From the IMG/VR virus record IMGVR_UViG_3300006204_000004, positions 62,067 through 126,066 of that record: DNA of 64,000 nucleotides. One strand, written 5' to 3'. The position numbers and the translations under genes are program-made. The notes beneath the pieces were generated by a model. That model ran no database searches. It saw only the letters and a list, made by a program, of their open reading frames with translations, and was not told the DNA's origin. The first letter of the stretch is position 1, and each line of letters opens with the position of its first letter. Of the stretch, positions 31,299 to 40,261 are shown one piece after another. Source of the DNA: a virus. Its lineage: Duplodnaviria > Heunggongvirae > Uroviricota > Caudoviricetes.

Positions 31299-32129
31299 TT
31301 AATCTACATAAGTAACCTCTGATACACTACATTCATAAAACATCATCATTGTATCTGCTTGAGAAATTATCCATTTTGTCTTAGAAACAAAAATATTTAT
31401 AAGATTTGAGCAATATTGAAACATTCCAAGCATATTTTTAACCTTAGAAGTATTAAAACTTGCTAGGTCTAAAGATTTTAAATTTTTACATCCATTAAAC
31501 ATATTAGACATAGATTCTACTTTTTGTGTATCAAATGGAATAGTTAAATCACCTAGATTTTCACATTTACAAAACATGAAATCCATATCTGTTACATTAG
31601 ACGTAATTAATCCATCTATATTAAGATCTCTTAAATTTATACACTTATAAAACATATATTCCATATTTGTAACATTTGAAGTGTTAAAATTAGATAAATC
31701 TATAGATTCTATTTTTTCACATCCAGAAAACATATACTCTAAATTGACAACGTTAAACTTATTATTTCCCCAATTAATTGTTTTTAAATTTTTGCATCCA
31801 TCAAACATATGACTAAAATCTGTAAAATCAGAAATACCTATATCACTAAAATCTATTGATACTAAATCAACACAATGTTGAAATAATCGGCTCACTTCTC
31901 CAAATTTAACGCCATTTTTAAATGTTATTGATTTTATTCCATATGTCATAAAAAGTGCAAAATAATTACCACCATATCCATCATCCATACTAATAAATGT
32001 ATTATATTTTTTATTATTTACTGTATATGTATCATATATAGTTATATCCTTTGCTTCTCCTTTGTGTTTATACGAGTGTAATCGTATTTCATTATTTTCT
32101 TCATTTAAAATGTAACTCCAATCCAACAA
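31299..32129 (-). CDS. Promoterless alternative C-terminal BspA-LRR cassette B (inverted orientation)
   Basis: Homology to cassette A begins at NANFISI, encoded by R2' just upstream of the annotated TTG. The C-terminus ECSVSEVTYVD parallels ECGVSNVTYVD of cassette A. No upstream promoter or RBS context. Confidence 0.65.
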   Translation of the reverse strand: MLDWSYILNEENNEIRLHSYKHKGEAKDITIYDTYTVNNKKYNTFISMDDGYGGNYFALFMTYGIKSITFKNGVKFGEVSRLFQHCVDLVSIDFSDIGISDFTDFSHMFDGCKNLKTINWGNNKFNVVNLEYMFSGCEKIESIDLSNFNTSNVTNMEYMFYKCINLRDLNIDGLITSNVTDMDFMFCKCENLGDLTIPFDTQKVESMSNMFNGCKNLKSLDLASFNTSKVKNMLGMFQYCSNLINIFVSKTKWIISQADTMMMFYECSVSEVTYVD

Positions 32130-32140
32130 AGGATCTATAC

Positions 32141-32163
32141 CAATACTTATAAAATTGGCATTT
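32141..32163 (-). repeat. R2' inverted crossover site
   Basis: Exact reverse complement of 30572-30594 (AAATGCCAATTTTATAAGTATTG). Confidence 0.7.
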
Positions 32164-32299
32164 TAAGATCTATTCAGGCTTGTATTTGTATATAGATATG
32201 TGCCTGGCGTGGCTTAATTTGGGAAATAGAGTATATTTATTGTGTACTTTTGTAGAAAATTTTCGGAATGATTTTTTTGAGAACTATTTGAAGAAAACC

Positions 32300-32328
32300 T
32301 TGAAATCTATTGTCAGATATGCTATATT
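32300..32328 (+). promoter_or_regulatory. Sigma-A-like promoter for antitoxin-like sRNA A
   Basis: TTGAAA-17 nt-TATATT. Confidence 0.5.
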
Positions 32329-32334
32329 ATAAAT

Positions 32335-32430
32335 ATAAAAGGAGCAACCGCCCACAAAGTGGTTGACTTCCCAGGTTAATTATATAAACCTACCTGATCC
32401 GGCAAGATACAAGGTAGGTTTATTTATTTT
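32335..32430 (+). ncRNA. Candidate antitoxin sRNA A (par/RNAII-like), ends at bidirectional terminator
   Basis: ~95 nt from promoter to hairpin AAACCTACCT-16 nt-AGGTAGGTTT plus ATTTATTTT (32386-32430). Convergent with peptide gene A. Confidence 0.45.
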
Positions 32431-32519
32431 CGCTTGTTATTCCTATCTATGTAGGCAAGCAGCGCGATTAGAAAGTTACCGCCTAAAAGCAAAAGGCTTA
32501 AGACTTGGTAAGTATCCAT
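32424..32519 (-). CDS. Fst-like type I toxin peptide A (31 aa: MDTYQVLSLLLLGGNFLIALLAYIDRNNKRK)
   Basis: SD GGGAGGTGGTG 8 nt before the ATG. The SD can pair with upstream CCTCCCT (sequestering hairpin). Stop lies immediately at the shared terminator. Minus-strand promoter TTGAAG-17-TATGAT at ~32600-32628. Confidence 0.5.
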   Translation of the reverse strand: MDTYQVLSLLLLGGNFLIALLAYIDRNNKRK

Positions 32520-32694
32520 CTGCACCACCTCCCTTCTTTTCAAGTTAGGGAGGTTACCACCTTGTAACACGATTACTCCGTAAGATAATCATATCACAGA
32601 TGGTATCCTGCTTCAACAATTTTTTACATGATTCTCTATTGTTTTAAGGTGTGTTTGTACTTACGTCTTAAAAACTGCGATTATTTATTGATAG

Positions 32695-33906
32695 TTAGTT
32701 AATCGCAAGTGCTCCCCAAGGAGAGCCGGTGGCAGATCCGTGGTAAGTAATGTGAGGTACATTATAAAATGCGTCTGGGTCAATAGATTCAACAGATGAT
32801 GGAATTATTAAATTAGATATATTAGTACAATTATGAAATGCACTTCTTCCAATCTTTATTATACTATCAGGAATTATAAAATTCGTTAATAATTTTTGAC
32901 CATAGAATAATAGCGAAGGAATTTCTTCTATATTTTGAGATTGTATAGTAAAGCTTGTAAATTTTACAAATTGCCAAATATTACTTATTTTATTTACATT
33001 TTCTCCGATATATACATCACATCCGCTTTCGGAACATAAATATCGTAATTCAATACCAAATGTATCAGCATGATCTGAATTATAATAAAATTCTGTAACG
33101 CTTTTTGAATCTCCAAAACTTGAAGCATGATTACTTATTAGCTTATTATAACTATTTGGAATTGTAATTTTCTTTAAATTAGGACATTTATTAAAAATTC
33201 CTGCACCAATTTCTTCAACTCCTTCTGGAATATTTACACTTATCAAATTTGTTGCATTTTCAAATGCTAATTCATTAATAATTTTGACTGAATTTGGAAT
33301 TTCTATAGATGCTCCACTTCCAATTCCATCAATAGTTAATATAGAGCTACATTCTGAAAAACATCTTAAAGGTATTTCTTTAATGCCAGAAGAAAGAACT
33401 ATATGTTGTAAATTTGAACAACAAATACCATTTATTTTCGTTACGTTATTTGTCATATTAATTGTTTTCAATGACGAACTTCTTATATAATGTATATCAG
33501 AAACAGTATCAGGAAGTGATATACTTATTAAATCGTTAACTTCTTTAAGATTGATTTTGGTTGTTTTATATTTTTGACCATTAAATTCAAAGGTGTCAGG
33601 GACTATAACATCACCACTCAACGATGTTAATCCCGTTTTGGAATAATTGTTTTCTGTTAATTCAAAATCTTCATACTCGCTTTTCCCGCAAACAGTACAA
33701 ATTCCATCAACAAAGTCATGGTGTCCACTGGCAGGAATGGTTTCTGTATAAGTATCACCACATTCACAAGTATAAGTTATAATCCCATCTTCTGTACATG
33801 TAGCTTCTTTTGTAATTTCTTGGGTATAATTATGTACATGAATTATATCTATACTAATTGAAGAACTATTTCCAGCTCTATCAGTTAAGGATAATCTAAT
33901 ATTATC
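32695..33906 (-). CDS. Promoterless alternative C-terminal cassette C (Cys-rich repeat plus BspA-LRR), inverted orientation, no start codon
   Basis: Annotated ORF (TTG at 33621) continues in frame upstream to 33918 with no ATG. The 5' end DNIRLSLTDRAGN is encoded by R1' and parallels DNIRLSITDRAGN of the expressed gene. Confidence 0.6.
   Translation of the reverse strand, partial: DNIRLSLTDRAGNSSSISIDIIHVHNYTQEITKEATCTEDGIITYTCECGDTYTETIPASGHHDFVDGICTVCGKSEYEDFELTENNYSKTGLTSLSGDVIVPDTFEFNGQKYKTTKINLKEVNDLISISLPDTVSDIHYIRSSSLKTINMTNNVTKINGICCSNLQHIVLSSGIKEIPLRCFSECSSILTIDGIGSGASIEIPNSVKIINELAFENATNLISVNIPEGVEEIGAGIFNKCPNLKKITIPNSYNKLISNHASSFGDSKSVTEFYYNSDHADTFGIELRYLCSESGCDVYIGENVNKISNIWQFVKFTSFTIQSQNIEEIPSLLFYGQKLLTNFIIPDSIIKIGRSAFHNCTNISNLIIPSSVESIDPDAFYNVPHITYHGSATGSPWGALAIN
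33868..33906 (-). repeat. R1' inverted crossover site
   Basis: Reverse complement of 30537-30575 with 2 mismatches. Confidence 0.7.
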
Positions 33907-33966
33907 TGTTAAAATTAGCAGTTATTTATAAAAGATACCAGGAGATCACATCTTAAAAAATACATA

Positions 33967-33995
33967 TTGCATCTTTAAATTGTATATGCTATAAT
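33967..33995 (+). promoter_or_regulatory. Sigma-A-like promoter for sRNA B
   Basis: TTGCAT-17 nt-TATAAT. Confidence 0.5.
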
Positions 33996-34001
33996 TGTCA
34001 C

Positions 34002-34092
34002 AGGCAAAAGGATATAATAAGTCTATAAAGACAAAGAACGAAATCCCCGAACTGTGCTGGAACACTGTTCGGGGATTCTTCTTTACTTTTTA
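34002..34092 (+). ncRNA. Candidate antitoxin-like sRNA B ending at bidirectional terminator
   Basis: Hairpin AATCCCCGAAC-14 nt-GTTCGGGGATT at 34042-34077 followed by a T-rich tail. Convergent with peptide gene B. Confidence 0.4.
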
Positions 34093-34114
34093 TAGCGGTA
34101 AAGCATCCGCTAGG

Positions 34115-34261
34115 CTACTTGTTGTCCTCATTGTCGCTGTCCAACCATTTGCAGATATAGTAGGCAACTACACCAGCCATAACAGAAACTAAAAAGGATA
34201 TAATAATGTCTATAAAAACACCTCCTCCTGTTGCCAGGTATCGGTAAGACAACATAGTCAT
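34115..34261 (-). CDS. Small hydrophobic peptide B (48 aa: MTMLSYRYLATGGGVFIDIIISFLVSVMAGVVAYYICKWLDSDNEDNK), type I toxin-like
   Basis: TM core plus acidic tail. Directly downstream of the recombinase stop; its own stop abuts the shared terminator. SD is distant (AAAGGAG ~31 nt upstream), with possible coupling to a 5-codon leader. Confidence 0.4.
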   Translation of the reverse strand: MTMLSYRYLATGGGVFIDIIISFLVSVMAGVVAYYICKWLDSDNEDNK

Positions 34262-34304
34262 TATACCATATTCATCATTAATCGACAATATGCTCCTTTA
34301 TTAT

Positions 34305-35294
34305 TCAAATACAAAAATCTTTTCTTGGATGCTTCGTACACAGGATATCCTTTTGCTTTGAAACAGTAACATGCGTATATATTTCTGTAACATTGATAGA
34401 ACTATGCCCCAACATTTCCTGGATGTATCGAATATCTACATCTGCTTCTAATAAACTTGTTGCAAATGTATGCCGGAACATATGCGGTGTGATATGCAAG
34501 TTTATTTTAGCGACAGCAGCATACTTATTAATCATTCTGCGCACCGATTGATCGGATAAAGCTTCACCTATATTATTTATAAAAAAGTGATTTGTAGTTT
34601 CAATCTTTGTTCTGAATGTTTCTCTATATTCTTTTAGAATTTTTATTACTGGCTCATTTCCAATATGGATACGCCTTTCTTTGCTTCCTTTTCCGTAGAT
34701 CAATACTACTCCATTATCTAAATCAATATTGTTATCTTTTAGTTCACAAAGTTCTGATATCCTCATTCCTGTAGAAAATAAAAGCTCAATCACGGCTGCA
34801 TCCCTCAATGCATTTTTTCTTTGGTATTCTGTTTTAGAGTTATCTAATTGCTGATAAATAGATGCTAATAGTTTTTCTACTGTATTTAGTGGTATTGTTT
34901 TGGGTAATATGTTAGGTTCACGAAACTGTATTTGCAGTTTATTAAATGGATTTTTATAAATGATATCTTTGTATTCGAGATAATGAAAAAATGATTTTAT
35001 AGAAGCTATTTTTCTTTTGACAGTCTTTGGCTTATACTGTATATGTAGTTTAGATATATACTCTTCTATTGTGTTTGATGTGATATTTGTAATGGTAGGA
35101 TCTGAGATCCCTGCTGTAGATTGAACAAATTGTTTCAAATCAATACGGTATGCCTTTAATGTTTTTCGATCTAAACGCTTTTGTGACTCACAATATTTTA
35201 AATAATTTTCTATGTATGATTGTAAATTGCTTGTTAATGTGTTTGTAGACTTTTTCTTGGAGTAATTCTTTTCATTATTCATTGTTTTATTCAT
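34305..35294 (-). CDS. Tyrosine site-specific recombinase (XerC/D-Rci size), candidate shufflon invertase
   Basis: C-terminal catalytic region HTFATSLLEADVDIRYIQEMLGHSSINVTEIYTHV and an N-terminal core-binding domain. Lies ~400 bp from cassette C. Confidence 0.85.
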   Translation of the reverse strand: MNKTMNNEKNYSKKKSTNTLTSNLQSYIENYLKYCESQKRLDRKTLKAYRIDLKQFVQSTAGISDPTITNITSNTIEEYISKLHIQYKPKTVKRKIASIKSFFHYLEYKDIIYKNPFNKLQIQFREPNILPKTIPLNTVEKLLASIYQQLDNSKTEYQRKNALRDAAVIELLFSTGMRISELCELKDNNIDLDNGVVLIYGKGSKERRIHIGNEPVIKILKEYRETFRTKIETTNHFFINNIGEALSDQSVRRMINKYAAVAKINLHITPHMFRHTFATSLLEADVDIRYIQEMLGHSSINVTEIYTHVTVSKQKDILCTKHPRKDFCI

Positions 35295-35678
35295 GTTAGT
35301 TATATCTCCCTCTTTTGTATTTTTATTTTGTTTATATTCATTCTATCGAATACACATACAAAAGCCAATATATTTATCATTTATCTTAAATCTAAATAAC
35401 TAAATCTCAAAAAAGAAAGGAAATTAAATTTATGGAAATTTATATTAAAGAGGAAACTAAATTACAATTATTAGTTTCTACCCCCTCCCTTGAAGATTTT
35501 CAAGAAATTGTAGACAAAGTAACAGAATTAGAAAATAAAGTAAATCAAATACAAGTGCTTCTGGATCAGCAGAGTTAGTATAATACTTTACTGTATAGAA
35601 GTGTTTTTTTTAACATTTGATTTGCTTCTTATTAACGCTAATTATATAACTAAATATAATAAGAAAGGACGAAATTAT

Positions 35679-36972
35679 ATGTATAATTACGACATGTATG
35701 TAAAAAAAGAAAACGAATTGCATTTTTTAAAAAACTCTTCTAGTACAGTAGCTGCTGAAATTATGACAGGAGCAACTGACAGTTCGAATGGAAAAGAAGG
35801 ACTTGTACCAGCTCCTACTTCTATTGATAAAAATAAATATTTAAAAGGAAATGGTATTTGGAGCGATATAGAATATTCTAAAAAAGCTGAACAAGATGAA
35901 AATGGTAATAATATTTTTGATACATATGCAAAGAAAAGTTTATATGTTGATAATATTGTGAGTGTTGGAAGGAAAGATGGATCAAATATTGGAGAATATA
36001 GTATTGCTATTGGTGATAGGGTAACTGCTTCTGAAAGAAGTAGTTACGCAGAAGGAGCTTTAACAATTTCATCTGGTGAAAATGCACATGCAGAGGGACT
36101 ATTTACCACTGCGAGCGGTTATACTTCTCACTCAGAGGGGGGGAGAAACTGTCGCTTCTGGAACCATGTTTCATGCAGAAGGTGATAGAACGAAAGAGAT
36201 AGGAGACGCGTCTCATGCAGAAGGTTATTTTACAATTACTAGAAAATTTAATTCTCATGTTTGTGGACAATATAATGTAGATTCAACTTATATTTCGAGT
36301 CTTCCTATATTTGCTATAGGAAATGGGATGAATGAAGGTAGTCGATCTAACGCATTTTCTGTAATGGATAATGGAATAACTAAATCAGCATCAACGATTA
36401 CAGCAGAAACAACAGCAGATTATGCGGAATTTTTTGAATGGGAAGATGGAAATATTAATAATGAAGATAGAGTAGGAAAGTTTGTAACTTTTCATGGAGA
36501 TAAAATTGTTATTGCTAATTCTAAGAATGATTATATTCTTGGTATTATATCTGGAGCACCTTTTGTTTTAGGAAATGGAGACTGCGATGTATGGACAGGG
36601 ATGTGGTTAAGGGATGAATTTAATCGTATTATTTATGAACCAGCCCCGAAGACAGAAATTGATGAATCGACAGGTGATATAAAAGAAGTATTTGATGAAG
36701 ATGGGAATTTAATTTATGAAGGTAAGAGATGCAAACTTAATCCAAAATATGATTCATCGCAGAAATACATTTCAAGATTTGATAGAGTAGAATGGTCACC
36801 TGTAGGAATGCTGGGTGTTTTATCTGTTATTCAAGACGGTACCTGTGAAGTAGACGGCTATTGTTGTTGTTCTGACGATGGAATTGCTACTGCTTGTGAT
36901 AGAAATACAGAAGGTGCTTACAGGGTAATTAAGAAGATTTCTGATCGAGTTGTAAGGGTAGTGTTTAGATAA
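35679..36972 (+). CDS. Second tail-fibre protein with (x)ASGxxSHAEG repeats, interrupted by a +1 frameshift in a G7 tract
   Basis: N-terminal fibre motif EGLVPAPTSIDKNKYLKGNGIWSDI. Repeats YAEGALTISSGENAHAEGLFTTASGYTSHSEGG | ETVASGTMFHAEG continue in the next frame. RBS AAGAAAGGA 9 nt before the ATG at 35679. Confidence 0.55.
36137..36143 (+). repeat. G7 homopolymer at the frameshift site
   Basis: GAGGGGGGGAGAA. G6 would restore the reading frame. Confidence 0.9.
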
Positions 36973-37000
36973 AAGTTAAGAGAGAATCGCTGTATTATTT

Positions 37001-37043
37001 AATAGGGTATACTAGATTGATTCTAGTATACCCTATTTTTTAC
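37001..37043 (+). terminator. Strong rho-independent terminator after fibre gene
   Basis: AATAGGGTATACTAGA-ttga-TCTAGTATACCCTATT followed by TTTTAC. Confidence 0.55.
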
Positions 37044-37148
37044 GATTTTTACAATAAATAAAAAATATATAATCTACATAAATAATTTAATGTTTATTAA
37101 TGTTATATTTTTGTAATTTCGCATTATTGTTTTTTTACTTTATCATTT

Positions 37149-37768
37149 TCATTTTTGAAGAGAATTGATTGTAAAATTCAATTTTAATAGTATTTTATAA
37201 ATTTCGTCTCCATGTTCTTGCAAATTCATTATTGATACCATATCATATTCTGCTGAAGCATAATCTTTAACTATTAAATAACATAATGCTCTTCTTGAAT
37301 AATATAAAATGTTATTATTATCCATATCTATTGCATTTGTATATGCATTTATAGCATCATTATATTGTTCATCCTTATAATATGCATCTCCAAGATTGAA
37401 ATATGTATTAGAGTCTTCTATTATATTCAATGAATCTTGATAGGCTATGATTGCATTTTTATAATCAAGATTATTATAGTAAAAATTTCCTAATGCATTA
37501 TAATTATATGCATTATTATTATCATATTTTATGGCATTATTTATATCAATAACTCCTTGTTCAAAATTTCTATTATTAAAATTATAAGCCCATGCTCTAT
37601 AATAATAACATTCTGCATATTTTTCATCAATTTAATAGCTATATTATAATCCTGAATTGCCTGATCAAATTTATCATATGCATCCTGTATGTCTGAAGAT
37701 GAATCATAAAATTTTTTTCTCCCAATTTCATAATTAACACGTCCTCTATAAAAATAATATTTTAGCAC
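37149..37768 (-). CDS. TPR-repeat protein, apparent -1 frameshift at a T3/A3 run (~37630-37632)
   Basis: Two ORFs with TPR-like sequence (AYYKDEQYNDAINAYTNAI...). Adding one A restores ...AIKIDEKYAECYYYRAWAYN. Confidence 0.5.
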
Positions 37769-37807
37769 TTCGAGTAACGATTATTCAAAGTATTGTTTAT
37801 AAACTCT

Positions 37808-38782
37808 TTATTGCTTATTTTTATTATAAAAATCTATCGCTTTTATAATATATTCTTCGACCTCTTCATCTTTAATGCATTTGGGGATAATTTTTCTTAC
37901 CTTTCTAAAATCTAATCTATGACTTTGTGTAACCGTTACTCGAAGTTGGAGTAGCTGAGATTCTATAAAAGTTTTCTTTTCTTCATATGTTTTTAATTTT
38001 TTATCCAAAATATTGTTTCTTATTCCTTTGACCATTTTTTCATTTATCTTAAAATCATTCAAATAATTAAGTATTATTCGTTGTGCATCCGAATCTAAAA
38101 AAGCCAGTTCATAGGCTAATCTAATAGAGATTTTTTTTCGATCCACTAAAACTTTTGCATCGTCAATGAGTTCGTTTAGTTTTAAATATATATTAATCAT
38201 TTTCCTTGTCAGACCATGTTCTTCACCTATCTTATCACCAGACAACTTTGAGTAACCGTTACTCGAAGCAATGCCTTGATGTCTTTCTGCATCCATTTTC
38301 ACTTTAATAGAATAAGCAAGCTGCATGGGTTTATAATCATTTCTTTGTCTATGTATCAAATTATCATCAATACATATAAGCTCTATCTGGTCGTTAGATA
38401 AATCTTTTTTCAAAATATATGGTACTTCCAGATTTAACTCTTTAGCTATATCTACACGATTATGTCCACTCAATATCATGAATTTATCATCCTTTTTTAC
38501 ACAAATAACAGGTGTAAAAATACCATTTAATTGAATAGATTCTTTTAATCGTTCTCTATCTTCCCCATGATGTAAATCTAATCTAAGCTTTTCGTCCTCA
38601 TAAGGTATAAACATATTTGCAGGGGCAGTAAGTATTTCATTCTCTAAGTTTTGTTCCTTTTCTAATTCTCTAGCAATTGTTTTTGTAAGATTATCGTCAG
38701 AAGATTCTTCGTTTAGCATTCCAACATAATCCATTTCCTGATCCATAAATCTATTTTTTCTAGCCATCCAGATCCTCCTCAT
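37808..38782 (-). CDS. parB: ParB-family partition protein
   Basis: ParB N-terminal box (TPVICVKKDDKFMILSGHNRVDIAKELNL) plus HTH region. Overlaps the parA stop. Confidence 0.75.
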   Translation of the reverse strand: MRRIWMARKNRFMDQEMDYVGMLNEESSDDNLTKTIARELEKEQNLENEILTAPANMFIPYEDEKLRLDLHHGEDRERLKESIQLNGIFTPVICVKKDDKFMILSGHNRVDIAKELNLEVPYILKKDLSNDQIELICIDDNLIHRQRNDYKPMQLAYSIKVKMDAERHQGIASSNGYSKLSGDKIGEEHGLTRKMINIYLKLNELIDDAKVLVDRKKISIRLAYELAFLDSDAQRIILNYLNDFKINEKMVKGIRNNILDKKLKTYEEKKTFIESQLLQLRVTVTQSHRLDFRKVRKIIPKCIKDEEVEEYIIKAIDFYNKNKQ

Positions 38783-39599
38783 ATATATCTATAATTCTCT
38801 TAGCAATTTTTTTATAATCTAATGAAGCATTATTAAATTTTTCATAAGCTTGTAATGGCATACATAGGGTTTTTATTTCAGCCATTTTAATCGTCTTTCT
38901 CACCGTAGATACAAATACATCCCCTGGGAGAGCTTCTGTAATTTTTTGCAAATTTTCAAATGCTTTTTTGTGTGAATTGGTTGATTCATATATAGCTAAA
39001 ATAATTCCTATAATATATGCATGAGATTCTTTATTTCGAGAATCGCGTAATTTTTTTAGATCTTGTTCTACAGCAATGATACCGCGAATTGAATTATCAT
39101 CAGATAGAGTAGGGCAGATGATATAATCTGCTGCAATATATGTCATATTAAGTAAAACGTTTCTAGCTGGTGGATTATCAATAATAATAAAATCATATTT
39201 TTTTAAAAGTATTTCACATACATCTTTTAGTAAATAAATATCATCACGCTCCATATATGTCTTATCAGCTTTAGACAGTATTGGAGAAGCAGGAATTATA
39301 TCATACCATTCTACTGAATATATTGCATCAGCAATTTTACATTCTTGTTGAAAAATATCATGTATTGTATACTCTGGTGATTTTATTCCTGAATTTCTAC
39401 TTGAATCACATTGTTGATCTAAATCAATTAGTAAAACTTTATATCCTTCATTGGTTAAACATGCAGCTATTTCAATGGCTGAACTGGTTTTTGCCGTTCC
39501 ACCTTTTTGGCTGCACAAAGCAAATACTTTACCCATTTCATTTCCTTTCTTTTTGTTGATAATGTAATTATAGCAAGGGTAATTAAAAAAATCAATCAT
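38760..39599 (-). CDS. parA: ParA/Soj-family partition ATPase
   Basis: Deviant Walker A KGGTAKTSSAIE. Probable true start MGKVFAL at ~39536. Confidence 0.8.
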   Translation of the reverse strand: MIDFFNYPCYNYIINKKKGNEMGKVFALCSQKGGTAKTSSAIEIAACLTNEGYKVLLIDLDQQCDSSRNSGIKSPEYTIHDIFQQECKIADAIYSVEWYDIIPASPILSKADKTYMERDDIYLLKDVCEILLKKYDFIIIDNPPARNVLLNMTYIAADYIICPTLSDDNSIRGIIAVEQDLKKLRDSRNKESHAYIIGIILAIYESTNSHKKAFENLQKITEALPGDVFVSTVRKTIKMAEIKTLCMPLQAYEKFNNASLDYKKIAKRIIDIYEEDLDG

Positions 39600-39865
39600 T
39601 TAATAGGATATATTAAATTTAAAGTACAAATTGTATTTTAATACTTTGCAAATGTATAATAAATATTATGATACTATATTTATAGTTGAATTGTGAAAAA
39701 AATGAGAATGTAATTGATGTTGTTTTCATTGATACAACATTTTTATTTCTTATTTATGGATCATTGTTTAGTTGATTTTATCGTATCTTCAGTGTTATTT
39801 GACGTTAAAATATGTAGATTGTTTTGTATTCTGTTGTATATTTAAGCGAGATGAATTGTATTTTA

Positions 39866-40260
39866 TAACGGTGAACTTTGTAGAAAAAATCTATGTATTT
39901 TAACGGGATAATTTATAGATAGAAAGGATATAAAATGTATGTTATACAGTGAATTTTGTAGAAATATTTTCAAAACGCCTACATTAAATACCGTTAAATA
40001 GTCGTCCTATTAAAATTCTTAGATAAAATTCAAAGATTTAACGGTATTTTATGTAGGTGTTTACATATTTAACGTTTGAATATGTAGATATATTCTGCAA
40101 TGCTAAATATTTATAACGTAGTAATACGTAGATAAATCATATATTTAACGTTTAATTACGTAGAAAATAAGTATAAATTTATTCAGCAGCAAATTTTTAA
40201 TTGACTTTAACGGTGAAAATGTAGATAATAATATATTATAGCGGTGAATTTGTAGAATAC
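39866..40260 (+). repeat. Iteron array (at least 9 copies of ~20 bp TAACGGTGAA..TGTAGAA, one inverted) upstream of rep; candidate theta-replication origin
   Basis: Copies at 39866, 39901, 39945, 39975 (inverted), 40038, 40069, 40114, 40145, 40207, 40239. Confidence 0.7.
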
Positions 40261-40261
40261 G

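Noticed and set aside
32363-32548. 61-aa plus-strand ORF between cassettes B and C
   Set aside because: It spans a strong hairpin terminator and overlaps the better-supported minus-strand 31-aa toxin peptide. It has no RBS.
32330-32620. GC-rich structured segment considered as tRNA, tmRNA or riboswitch
   Set aside because: No cloverleaf, T-loop GTTCRA or tag-peptide frame. It is better explained as the toxin mRNA plus convergent sRNA of a type I TA.
34305-35294. Tyrosine recombinase considered as the prophage integrase
   Set aside because: At 329 aa it is short for a phage integrase. It lies in the middle of the tail-fibre region beside nested inverted repeats. No att-like tRNA or core duplication is present in the window.
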